Shown: positions 1 to 9,500 of the stretch, piece after piece | Layout of the letters: each line of letters begins with the position of its first letter | Numbering within the stretch: the first letter of the stretch is position 1 | Position numbers and translations under genes: made by a program | NCBI GenBank assembly: GCA_903904885.1 | Contig: CAIVED010000021.1 | Coordinates: 17,456 to 81,455, forward strand | DNA: 64,000 bases | Source of the DNA: an uncultured archaeon | GTDB taxonomy: Archaea > Nanobdellota > Nanobdellia > Woesearchaeales > CAIVOO01 | Direction: 5' to 3' | Notes under the pieces: generated by a model | What the model saw: the letters and a program-made list of their open reading frames with translations, nothing else | Database searches by the model: none | What the model was told of the DNA's origin: nothing

Positions 1-59
1 GGGAAGGCCTCTGCTGCTTGCGGACAGGCTGGTTTACTCGGCATACGGGATAATCTAAA

Positions 60-701
60 ATGAAAAAATCAAAAGACAAAAAAGAAGACAGAAAAGAGAA
101 GCCTGATGATGAAAATCAGGTGAGATACTTTATTTATGCAATACTCCTAATTGTAATTTTCATTGCGGTCCTTCTCTCAGTAAGGTACTTTATTCCCAGG
201 ACCAGCAAAACAAACTCATATTCTTACAATGGGTTTGTTTTCACAAACATGAGCGATCTGTGGTTTGTGGAGGTGCTGAAGGCGGGAACAACAAAGGTTT
301 ACAATGTGCCGCTTCATTTCGGGGCGAAAGAGCTGGAAACCATTAAAATTGAAGGGGATGTAAGCCATTTCAAGAATAAAACAGCAATCTACATAACTTT
401 CGATCCCACCGGAAAGGAGTTTTCGTACATTGCGCTGGCTGCCTCAGAGCTTAGCATAAACCTTGCCCAGACAATGAACATTACCCCTGTTGCTGCCTGC
501 GCTGTGGATAAAACAGAAATCTGCTCAGGCAGGCATATTATTGACTGCAAAACCCCCGGGCAGCCGGCAATATTCGTAAGATATGACAATTCAACAAGGG
601 TATTTGTCGAGAACAACTGCATATTCGTGCAGGGCCAGGGTAAGGAAGTGCTAAGGGCCGCGGACAGGCTGCTTCTTAGCTGGTTCGCTGTAATGCCCTG
701 A
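60..701 (+). CDS. Hypothetical membrane-anchored protein (basic N-terminus followed by one TM helix)
   Basis: 213-aa ORF. The N-terminus is Lys/Asp-rich, followed by a hydrophobic helix (YFIYAILLIVIFIAVLLSV). No recognisable catalytic motif. Confidence 0.45.
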   Translation: MKKSKDKKEDRKEKPDDENQVRYFIYAILLIVIFIAVLLSVRYFIPRTSKTNSYSYNGFVFTNMSDLWFVEVLKAGTTKVYNVPLHFGAKELETIKIEGDVSHFKNKTAIYITFDPTGKEFSYIALAASELSINLAQTMNITPVAACAVDKTEICSGRHIIDCKTPGQPAIFVRYDNSTRVFVENNCIFVQGQGKEVLRAADRLLLSWFAVMP

Positions 702-702
702 G

Positions 703-2262
703 TTAAATCCCCTTAAGAAGTTCCTGAATTCTCTTTTTCCTTCGCTTATTTTCCCTTATTTTTCTTGAAATTAAAATGGCAAGGATTATTGCCGCAATAA
801 GAACAATTATCAGCCAGTTGATTTTTGTTACCTTGCTTGTTATGACTGAGAAAGGCAGTTCAAGCAGAGGCTTGGCTTCAGCAACCTCTTTTGTTATATT
901 TGTTGCGTTTCCCGCCTTGACAATTTCCGGCGGTGCAACTTCAATAGTTCCTGACGGAAGGATAATCTGAACCAGCTTTTGCGGAGGCAGGCTAGTTACT
1001 CCTCCTCCACCTCCCGCATGGCCTCCGCCTCCCCCGCAGTTGCAATTGCAGGAGGCAGTGCAGTTTTGGGTTGCATTGGTGCAGAGATATTTAACAAAAC
1101 TGCTGGCTGACCAGGCGCTGCATGATTGCCCGTCGCAGGTTCGCACCCTCCAGTAATATTTTTCAAAGGCAGAAAGGCCGGCAACATTTACCGGGCGCGT
1201 AGTGTTTGACAGGGAAACTATGTTTGTAGAAAAATCATAGTAAATGCTGAACTGGAAGTCATCATAAACAGGATCGTTTTCAGGGTCTGTCCCGGGTGTC
1301 CAGTTTAGGGTTACGCTGGCGCCTGTTGTGTTGGTAATTGCAAAAAGTGCCGGTGCAGAGGGGGCATTGTTCGACCTGCTGAATGTGTCCTCTGCCCAGG
1401 CGCTGCAGGTGAGGAAATCGCAGGCGCGAACTCTCCATGTGTGGGAGCCGAACGCAATTCCTGTTGTCGAAACAGGCGAAAAGCTGTTGTTCTGGATTGC
1501 TTCTGAATCAAACTGGAACTGGTGATAGATAGAATCATTGTCAATGTCTGAGCCGTTTGTCCAGTAAAAAACAGCTGAGTCCAGGTGGCTGTTGTTCACA
1601 TGTACCAGCGTCGGGGGCAGTGGGGCGTTGTTGTAAATAACGAAAGTGTCATCTGCAAACGGAGAGCAGCAGCCCATGGCCCCGTTTGTGTTGCAGGTCC
1701 TGACCCTCCAGGTGTGGCTTGAGTAAGAAACATTCAATATCACCGGGGATGTTGTTGTCTGAATCGCTCCAGAATCCAACTGGAACTGGTCAAATGTGGA
1801 ATAGCCAAACGGGTCTTCGCCGGAATTCCAGTAAAAGCCAATCGAGCTGTTGTAATGGGCGTCTGCGGTGTCTATCAGTTTTGATGCATTTGGCGGGAAG
1901 CACAGGGTCACATTTGCCCTTCCTGCCTGGAACGTGTTTGCCAGTGTTGAAGTGCTTCCTGTTCCCTCATGGCCGCTGATGGTTGCAGTGGCGTAGGCGT
2001 TCAGGACATTCCCAGGATTTGCGTTAAGATTTGGAATTACGTAGTAACCGTTTGACTGGGAGAGGTCATTTCCTGAACAGCCGTTTGCAACCCCACCGGA
2101 ACAGCCGCTTACAGTCAGCGAAACATTTGCGCCGGAAACAAGGCCGCCGGACATGTCCAGGATGTAGCCGTCGCAGGTTCCGAGAAAAATATTGGCATTT
2201 GCAGAAAAAGCAAAAATTATTGCGAAAATAAAAAGCAAAAGGCCTCTTTTTTTCATGTTCAT
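703..2262 (-). CDS. Secreted cell-surface protein with three tandem ~100-aa Cys-containing repeats, a Gly/Cys-rich linker and a C-terminal TM anchor
   Basis: The N-terminal signal peptide is MNMKKRGLLLFIFAIIFAFSANA. Three repeats end in HTWRVRTC, HTWRVRAC and YYWRVRTC, with FnIII/Ig-like spacing. The linker is CNCNCGGGGGHAGGGGG. The C-terminal TM is followed by a KRRKK tail. N-x-S/T sequons are frequent. Confidence 0.7.
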   Translation of the reverse strand: MNMKKRGLLLFIFAIIFAFSANANIFLGTCDGYILDMSGGLVSGANVSLTVSGCSGGVANGCSGNDLSQSNGYYVIPNLNANPGNVLNAYATATISGHEGTGSTSTLANTFQAGRANVTLCFPPNASKLIDTADAHYNSSIGFYWNSGEDPFGYSTFDQFQLDSGAIQTTTSPVILNVSYSSHTWRVRTCNTNGAMGCCSPFADDTFVIYNNAPLPPTLVHVNNSHLDSAVFYWTNGSDIDNDSIYHQFQFDSEAIQNNSFSPVSTTGIAFGSHTWRVRACDFLTCSAWAEDTFSRSNNAPSAPALFAITNTTGASVTLNWTPGTDPENDPVYDDFQFSIYYDFSTNIVSLSNTTRPVNVAGLSAFEKYYWRVRTCDGQSCSAWSASSFVKYLCTNATQNCTASCNCNCGGGGGHAGGGGGVTSLPPQKLVQIILPSGTIEVAPPEIVKAGNATNITKEVAEAKPLLELPFSVITSKVTKINWLIIVLIAAIILAILISRKIRENKRRKKRIQELLKGI

Positions 2263-2936
2263 CCCAGTATGCTCCTGTTGTATTTAATTGTTGCCCCGCT
2301 TTCATTGGAGACATATACGAACTGCCCCTGTCCTGCGGATATGTTCTGGAAATCATTTTCCGCTGCAAGAGGGCTGTAGATCAAAAATTTCTGGCTTGAG
2401 GAATTCCATATCATTGCATACCTGTAGCTGCCGTTTATTTGGCCAAGGTATCTTGTTATATCTGCCTCTGCATCATAGGGGTAAATTGGTGCATTCCACC
2501 CAAAAATCAATGGCAGTGTCATTTCATCAAATAATCTTCCTGCCGTATTCATTGTCCTGTTAAGCGGCAGAAGGTAAATAAAATAGCTCCTGTTTTCTGA
2601 AAGCTCGTCAAACGGATTTCCCGCTGCCAGCGGGCTGTATATGATGAATTCCTGGCTGCTTTCATTCCATTCCATCACATACCGGTACTCGCCGTCTATG
2701 TCAACAAGCGCATTTTTTACTGTTTTGTTTGTCATATTCGAGCATATCGAAACAAGGTTCCAGCCCTGCTGGAGGGGGATGCTGCATGCAGAGAGTATCC
2801 TGAAGCTTACATGGCCCTCGCCGGTTGCAGAGCCGGTTATATCCTCCGTGCTTCTTTCATTTTTATTGAGGCCTATGGCAGCAATCATCACAGCCAGGGC
2901 AGCAACCGCAATCAAAAGAATAACAGTCCTCTTCAT
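2259..2936 (-). CDS. Secreted protein with two internal tandem repeats
   Basis: There is an N-terminal signal/TM (ILLIAVAALAVMIAAIG). Two ~90-aa repeats are present: EYRYVMEWNESSQEFIIYSPLAAGNPF and SYRYAMIWNSSSQKFLIYSPLAAENDF. The stop overlaps the next gene's start by 4 nt, consistent with an operon. Confidence 0.6.
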   Translation of the reverse strand: MKRTVILLIAVAALAVMIAAIGLNKNERSTEDITGSATGEGHVSFRILSACSIPLQQGWNLVSICSNMTNKTVKNALVDIDGEYRYVMEWNESSQEFIIYSPLAAGNPFDELSENRSYFIYLLPLNRTMNTAGRLFDEMTLPLIFGWNAPIYPYDAEADITRYLGQINGSYRYAMIWNSSSQKFLIYSPLAAENDFQNISAGQGQFVYVSNESGATIKYNRSILG

Positions 2937-2967
2937 TGATGTGTGGCTGTTTCCAACATTTAAAAAC

Positions 2968-3438
2968 CTATTGCCTTAGAAAATAAACTTTCAGCTTTCC
3001 TGAATAGTTTCCAAGCGGCCTGTCCTCCGGAACCGATGCTATGACCTCAATCTGCTGTGTAATGTTCGGCGGCAGAATAAAGTAATTTTCGCTGGCTGAA
3101 ACCATGTCCCCAGCATTTCCGGAAATATCAATCTTAACGATTACATCAACCGGGTAATGGTGGCTCACTGTTGCGTTTCTTTTTGCAGCCGCTCCCTGGG
3201 GAATCTTGCCGAAATTAAACACACCCGGGTCAACATTCAATCCGATGTTGTTTTTTCCGGAAACCTCCAGGTAAATATCAAATTCCCGGTAATTCAGGAT
3301 CTTGTAGGAAGAGTAAACTATTGAGGTTATTCCTGCAGCGAGCAGGATGCCTATTATCAGAAGTATAACTGCTTTGTAAACTGAGATGCCGCTTTCCTCA
3401 GTTCTAATTCTTTTTTTTTTAGACGTACTCTTCTTCAT
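2968..3438 (-). CDS. N-terminally anchored membrane protein, function unknown
   Basis: 156 aa. A basic N-terminus precedes a TM helix (AVILLIIGILLAAGITSIV), and the remainder is beta-rich. It lies within the surface-protein operon. Confidence 0.5.
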   Translation of the reverse strand: MKKSTSKKKRIRTEESGISVYKAVILLIIGILLAAGITSIVYSSYKILNYREFDIYLEVSGKNNIGLNVDPGVFNFGKIPQGAAAKRNATVSHHYPVDVIVKIDISGNAGDMVSASENYFILPPNITQQIEVIASVPEDRPLGNYSGKLKVYFLRQ

Positions 3439-4645
3439 CTTTGCTCTTCTTTTTCCTCAGGAGTATTATCACGTTTATTATCACCAATATCACAACAATT
3501 ATTATCAGGATGTTTGTGGTTGTAAGGTAGCTCATAAGCGAATTGATTTCAGCAGGTTTTGCTGCCGGCTTTTCCACAGGAGTTTCAGCCTCGTTTTTAA
3601 TCTCTTCTTTGCCCACAAGCTCAATCTGCCCATTCACTGTCTTTGTCTTGGTTGAGCCCCCGCTTGAGAACCTCAAATCAATCTGAAGGTCATAGACCCC
3701 GTTTTCAAGGCTTGCAGCGTCAAGAAACCCTGAAAGATTCTTTTTCTCCCAGGCTTTTAGCAAGGGCGTGGCTGCTGAAAATGTGGTGAGCACGCTGCCA
3801 TTTCTCATTACTTTCGCATCCGCGAAGATGTTGTCTATGTCCTGGTTCCATTTGCTTTCAACTTCAATAAGGAATTTGCTTACAGACCTGCTGGCTGCTT
3901 TTTTTGTATAATTAATAACATCAAGGTCAAAGGTGCCTATCCGGAATGTATCATTGGCAAATGCCTTGCCTGCTCCATAATCGAGGGCTGCATTTGCAAG
4001 ATAAATCCCCTGCTCCGCATTTCCGGTGTTCCATTTTGTCTCAACAACCTTGTTCTCCATAATGCCTGCAGATATGCTGTCTACTGAAACACTTCCTATT
4101 TTCTCGGTTCCTTTGAGTATGTCAATGGTTGCGCTTGCGTTTTCAACAGCCTCTGTTCCCAAATTTGAGACAGTCAGCTTAAGGTTTACATCGCCGCCAA
4201 CTCCCGCGTCTTCGGCGTTTAGCTTCAAACCAAGCATTTTTCCCGGGTACTGGACAAAAAATCTTACAGGAACAACAACCTCTCCCTTTGCCCCCACAGT
4301 TCCGCCGCTTCCCTCAGCCTCTGTTGCGATTACTGAAAATGAGTGCAATCCGGGGCTGCCGATCGAATCGGGCAGCGCAAATACCAAATCAACATATCCC
4401 CTCTCCTGGGGCTTCAGGAGAATTGCATTTTGAGAGGTGATGTTTGCGTAGGCTGCAAGTTCCCCGCCAATGTGCCCTATGATTGTTGTGTCTTTGTCCA
4501 GATTGTTCCTGAAATAGAAATGGGCATCGCCTGAAAGATTCGGCTGGAAAACATAATCTATTGAAGGCGGCGAAACTCCAACAGAAAGGGCAAATGGGAT
4601 TATCGCAAGAAACATAAAAATCAGCAAAACTTTTTTCATATTCAT
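3419..4645 (-). CDS. Secreted surface protein with C-terminal TM anchor and charged tail
   Basis: Signal peptide MKKVLLIFMFLAIIPFALS. The C-terminal TM is NILIIIVVILVIINVIILL, followed by RKKKSKDEEEYV. There is a Lys/Pro/Glu-rich stalk (ETPVEKPAAKPAE). Confidence 0.6.
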   Translation of the reverse strand: MNMKKVLLIFMFLAIIPFALSVGVSPPSIDYVFQPNLSGDAHFYFRNNLDKDTTIIGHIGGELAAYANITSQNAILLKPQERGYVDLVFALPDSIGSPGLHSFSVIATEAEGSGGTVGAKGEVVVPVRFFVQYPGKMLGLKLNAEDAGVGGDVNLKLTVSNLGTEAVENASATIDILKGTEKIGSVSVDSISAGIMENKVVETKWNTGNAEQGIYLANAALDYGAGKAFANDTFRIGTFDLDVINYTKKAASRSVSKFLIEVESKWNQDIDNIFADAKVMRNGSVLTTFSAATPLLKAWEKKNLSGFLDAASLENGVYDLQIDLRFSSGGSTKTKTVNGQIELVGKEEIKNEAETPVEKPAAKPAEINSLMSYLTTTNILIIIVVILVIINVIILLRKKKSKDEEEYV

Positions 4646-4684
4646 AAAAATTGGACCGGCATTTAAATATTTTATGCTGCCAGA

Positions 4685-5311
4685 TTAAACTTTAGAAACA
4701 CTGAAGGTTATTGTTACATTTCTCTGGCCGGGGTTGGCATCATTGGGTATTACAAGCCTTGCAGAGACATTAAAGCTGTCCGCACTTTGCGGGAAATTAA
4801 GCAGGGCGCAGAGACTAAGCGGGGTTTCTGTTGAGTTTGGCACATTGCCGCTGTCATAGCTTGTTACGAATGTTCCAGAGCAGGCTCCCGCCTTTGTGGT
4901 TATCCCCTTTACCTGGAAAAGAGGGCTTGTCCCCCCTATCAGGCCTTTTGCGTTGTTATCGCTGTTTCCAGAGACATTCACGGATATGTTGACTGTCCCG
5001 TCATTTTCAATTGAGACATACTGCGGCAGCGAAGCGCCGTTCCATGTTCCTCCAAGGACCGCAGCGGCCCCGGTTAAATTGCTGTCCAGGGTGGCATTTA
5101 CAGCCGTTGAATTGACCCTGCCGCTCCCAAAGTCGATGCTTCCGGTTATTTTGACAGATACTTCTTCAGTAAGATTAACGCTTGTGGTGGCTGTTCCTGA
5201 GCTGTCAAGGCCCGTTATTGAGGCAATGCCCCTTTCATGGCTGAAGGATATGGCCAATGCCGCTATGGAAATCATCAGTGCGGTTAAGAGAATTGCTTCT
5301 GTTCTGCCCAT
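4685..5311 (-). CDS. Secreted protein, member of a 4-gene family sharing a ~100-aa C-terminal module
   Basis: N-terminal signal-anchor. The C-terminal module YVSIENDGTVNISVN...GGTSPLFQVKG...NSTETPLSLC...NVSARLVIPNDANPG is homologous to the C-termini of the ORFs at 5346-5966, 16284-17813 and 17869-19452. Confidence 0.6.
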   Translation of the reverse strand: MGRTEAILLTALMISIAALAISFSHERGIASITGLDSSGTATTSVNLTEEVSVKITGSIDFGSGRVNSTAVNATLDSNLTGAAAVLGGTWNGASLPQYVSIENDGTVNISVNVSGNSDNNAKGLIGGTSPLFQVKGITTKAGACSGTFVTSYDSGNVPNSTETPLSLCALLNFPQSADSFNVSARLVIPNDANPGQRNVTITFSVSKV

Positions 5312-5345
5312 AAAATAAAAGAAAAATAAAAGAATATAAAAAGGT

Positions 5346-5966
5346 TTACGTTGCCTGAGAAGCGCTGAATGTTATTGTAGCGTTTCTTCCTCCTGCTGCG
5401 GCATCACTAGGGATGACCACTTCTGCAGAAACATTGAACGTATCTGCGCTATTGGTATATTGCAATTTGTCGCAGATAGGGTATGGTGTTTCTGTCGAGT
5501 TTGGAACAGCAGTGTAAGATGTCTGCAGTGTAACGCATGAGTTTGCCTCTGTAGCAATACCCTTCATCTTGAATGATGGGCTTGTCCCCCCTATCAAACC
5601 GTTTGCATTGTTGTTTGCGTTTGCGCTCAGGTTAACTGAAATGTTAACTGTTCCGTCGTTCTCAACCTTTATGTACTGGGTTATTGGTGTCCATGTTCCG
5701 CCGACAACGGTTCCTGCTTGGCTGTCAAGAGTGGAACTTGTGGAAGTGGCATTGACCCTTCCGTTTCCCCAGTCTATGGAACCTGTAACCAGTATTGAAA
5801 CTTCAGACGTTGCGTTGAAGGATACCGGCCCTGTTCCAGTGCCGCCTTTACCAGTTATGTAGGTGATTCCACCTTTGTTTATGCTTAATATCCCTACAAG
5901 AGATATTACGATTGCAACTCCTACAAGAATTGCCAATGTTTTGTTGCTAACATCACTCATCTTCAT
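5346..5966 (-). CDS. Secreted protein, tandem paralog of the 4685-5311 gene
   Basis: The N-terminus (NKTLAILVGVAIVISLVGILS...ITYITGKGGTG) and the C-terminal module (YIKVENDGTVNISVN...GGTSPSFKMKG...NSTETPYPIC...VVIPSDAAAG) are both shared with the neighbouring gene. Confidence 0.6.
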   Translation of the reverse strand: MKMSDVSNKTLAILVGVAIVISLVGILSINKGGITYITGKGGTGTGPVSFNATSEVSILVTGSIDWGNGRVNATSTSSTLDSQAGTVVGGTWTPITQYIKVENDGTVNISVNLSANANNNANGLIGGTSPSFKMKGIATEANSCVTLQTSYTAVPNSTETPYPICDKLQYTNSADTFNVSAEVVIPSDAAAGGRNATITFSASQAT

Positions 5967-5977
5967 TCCCTCCTTTA

Positions 5978-6208
5978 TTATTGTACTTCAAATGTAACCT
6001 GTCCGCTTTTCTGAACCGGTTCAGCAGGCGCATTTGTGCCAATCCCGAAACTTACGTACGACTTTCCTTCTGTGTTGCCTTCCCCGCCCTGAACAACCAC
6101 TGTTGAAGGGGTGCTCAGCATTTTCCAGGTGGCAACAGCTGAAAGAACAATCGCAATAATAAACAACACTGCCAGTGTTTTTTTAGAAATGTCTCCCATC
6201 TTGTTCAC
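5978..6208 (-). CDS. Small secreted/anchored protein (76 aa), possibly pilin-like
   Basis: The N-terminus DISKKTLAVLFIIAIVLSAVA resembles the N-termini of the downstream paralogs. It is the last gene of a 7-gene minus-strand surface cluster. Confidence 0.4.
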   Translation of the reverse strand: MNKMGDISKKTLAVLFIIAIVLSAVATWKMLSTPSTVVVQGGEGNTEGKSYVSFGIGTNAPAEPVQKSGQVTFEVQ

Positions 6209-6323
6209 CTCAAAGCTTTAAACTTCAAAATGTTTATTTTCGGTCATATATAAATGTTGCTGTTTTATTTTTAATTTGATAGTAATATAAACCTCGCATA
6301 GGCCTTCTAAAAAGGCAGATTTA

Positions 6324-6386
6324 CTTACATTGTAGGTAAAAATAAAAATATTTAAATACTAACAAAAATATCTTACATTGTAAGTA
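6324..6386 (+). promoter_or_regulatory. Promoter with paired 15-bp near-palindromic sites (cttacattgtaRgta x2) bracketing the TATA box aatatttaaatac
   Basis: Direct repeat at 6324-6338 and 6372-6386, 48 bp apart. The TATA lies at 6346-6358. The second repeat overlaps the predicted TSS and the ATG of the small HTH gene. Confidence 0.5.
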
Positions 6387-6580
6387 TGAAAATCGAGTCC
6401 ATCCCCCTTGCAGTTCTTTCAGACAGGTCGCTAAGTGTTCTTGAAGCGATTGTTGAGCATCTTCATGATAAGAAATCAATGTCATTCCATGAAATTGCTG
6501 TAAGCCTCAACAGGGATGACCGCACAATCTGGACATGCTATAGCCGGGCAAGGAAAAAGAGGGGGAAGAATGCGAGGTAA
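6386..6580 (+). CDS. Small winged-HTH DNA-binding protein (64 aa)
   Basis: MSFHEIAVSLNRDDRTIW is a helix-turn-helix-like segment, followed by a basic tail RARKKRGKNAR. The gene overlaps the start of the giant surface-protein gene by 11 nt. Confidence 0.45.
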   Translation: MKIESIPLAVLSDRSLSVLEAIVEHLHDKKSMSFHEIAVSLNRDDRTIWTCYSRARKKRGKNAR

Positions 6581-9500
6581 AAATATCATAATTTGCGCAT
6601 TATTTGCAATTCTGCTAATCCTCTCTTTCAAAATTGCAATGTCTGCATCAATTCCCTCGGACTATCTTGCCTACTGGAAATTTGACAATGCAAACGGCAG
6701 CAATTCCACCTTTGCGCCCGATGAAACTTGGAAATTTAATGGAAGCGTATTTGGCGGGGCTGTCAATGGAAGCGCCGGCAGGGTTGGTGAGTCCTATGTT
6801 TTCAATGCGACAAATGGCTACATTAATGCTACCAATTATAACATAACTGCAAACATATCCGCCTTTGCCTGGATGAACACTAAAATCACAAATGCTGCGC
6901 TGCGATATGTTGTGGGAAAGCAGTCAAGCTCATCCTCCGGCTGGTACATTAGGTTGGAAACATCAAACAAGCCGTCATGCACATTCGTGACCGGAGCGGG
7001 GGGAGCTGCAAACACTTCCGCAGTTTTAGCAACAATAGTCCCAACAGTTAATACATGGTATCATGTCGGATGCATTTTCAACGGCACAAACGCAATGATA
7101 TACATAAACGGCGTGCTTAACAACATAACCTCCTGGGCAGGCCCAAAGAATCTCACACCCAACGGGCTTAACATAGCAATGGGAAAATATGCGCTTAATT
7201 CAAACTACTATTGGAACGGCTCAATTGATGAGGTAATAATTTACAACCGTTCCCTTTCGATAGCAGATGCAGGCGGGATATATGATTCCTACTTCGGGTT
7301 TGCGGTAGCCCTTTCCCAACCTGCAAATGACGCAGTATTTTCACAGTCAAAGAACGTGTCACTCAATTTTTCAGTGAGCGGGGACATTAATTCCTACAAC
7401 TGCTCCCTGTCAGTAAACACTGTTTTTAACCAGACAAATAACCTGGTGCAGAATAATACGATAACCGCTTTCAATCTGAATGTGTCATCGGCGGCAACCT
7501 ATTACTGGAATGTTTCCTGCACCAACAGGAGCATAAACAACTTTTCAGAAACGAGAAATTTCACCTTTGAGAAAGTGGCATACCTAAGCTCAAACAATGC
7601 AATAGGATATACGTCTGTTGAGTCCTGTTTTGATGCGATAAACAACACCAATGATGGTTGTGTTTTGGGTGTTAGTAATTATTCAGAAACATTTTCTTCT
7701 CCTAAGTATTATAATTTCTCTCTGGATAATGGTTTTGTTCTCAGTACTTACAGCCAATCCAACGTTTCAATAGATTTCAGTAATATGAGCGCTGATGTTC
7801 TTAGTAATTTCGCTAAAGTTTCTGATAATCAGAGTTTCAGCAATCTTAATATTAGTGGTGTGTCTGTTGAGGGTTTTGAAGCAGGAAACGCTATCGCGTC
7901 TTTGGGTATTGGCTGGAATAATGTTATAATAAGCAATTTTGACTACTGCATCCATAATGACGGAACAGGTTTTCAGACTGCGATAATAAATAACAGCCAG
8001 TTTTCATGCAATCTTTTAAGCTTAAACACCTACTCTCATGACCAGGTTTATAACACCAGAATTTTAAGGGGCGGTTACATACTGTCCAGCTGGGGCAGCC
8101 CGGTAATTTTTGATAATGTCACTTTTCAAAACATTTCCATAAACAGCGGCGTTGGCGTCACTAACATGAATATTACCAATTCCCTGTTTAATTATACTGT
8201 TCTCGGGCAGGCCGTTGGCGATTATGATGCCGTTTCAGGAAACACTTTTGTATGCCCAGCCAATGCCGATGCAATATCAATAAACAGCAATTCAGTAACA
8301 ATCTCAAACAATACATTCCAAAACTGCGGAAACCTGACATACACGTCCCAATACCTGTCAAGCTACAGCCCCATGACCTACGGAGGAAACAACTTCAACA
8401 CGGCCGTAATTTTTGTTTCCTCAAACTTAGGAACAAACAAGGCTGTTTCAGCGGATAATACAGATGTTTCAACCATAGCAGACGGAACAAACAACTTCCG
8501 CCTATGGCTTGTGAACATTCCAGCAGCAAGCATACCATTTTCAACACTCTATGTTGCTGACCCGCCGGCCATGAGCTGCGCAGCAGTAGCAAGCGCCTAC
8601 GGCGGAACGTGCTATTTCGACGAAGCAGACTATTTCGTAGCAAACGGAACAGCAGATTATATCACAAATCCGGCAAGCTCAGCTGCGATAATGCCCGGGT
8701 ACACATCACCTGCATACCTCAAATACAGCGTCCTCGCAAACTACAACGCCGTTCCCTTAAGAAACTCCGGAGCAAACAACAACATCACAGGCAACACTTT
8801 TGCTAGCAATACTGCCCCATTTTTAATAAACGGCACAGGAACAAACCTGTGGTTAAACAGCTTCCAGGACTTCACGCCGATAAACCTATCCGATTACACA
8901 GCTTGCATTAATAGTGAGGGAAATTTCTATCAGGAAAGCCTAGCCACCCTGGCGGGAGACTGCGGCCAGTCAAATGTAACGGTTCCCAATGAAAATCAGA
9001 AGCAAGGCACCCTGTTCAGCCTAGGATGGAAAAAACAGAGCTCAATATTCCTGATTTTTTATGACATCTTCATTAAAAAGATTGACCAGGCATTTGCGCT
9101 TCTTGGAACAACCAATGACACAAACTATACCCTTAACGTTTCCCAGTATGATGTTTACAACTATACCTTGAAGCTGGTTCCCTATATTAATGGGTCAAGA
9201 GTGAATGGAACAAACGTGTTGAGGAATTTTGAGATAGGCTATAACCATGCGCCAAATATAACCTCAATTTTCCTGAACTCAACATCAATTTATAACCGCA
9301 GCACTGACAATCTAACCGCCGCGTACTCTGTGTCTGACTTTGACACGGACAATGTTTCCATTAATTACAACTGGTACAGGAATGGGGCATCGGAAACCGT
9401 CCTGAACATGCCTTTCACCGCACCGGACGCAAACAACCAAACCTATGATTTTTCAGCTTTCTCAAACCCCGGAACGGCCTACAATGGATCAAGATGGAAT

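Noticed and set aside
1000-1090. GC-rich run (ctcctccacctcccgc...ccgcctccccc) that could be mistaken for a repeat or CRISPR-like unit
   Set aside because: It is the antisense of the Gly/Cys-rich linker (CNCNCGGGGGHAGGGGG) inside the 703-2262 surface-protein gene. There is a single occurrence with no spacer periodicity.
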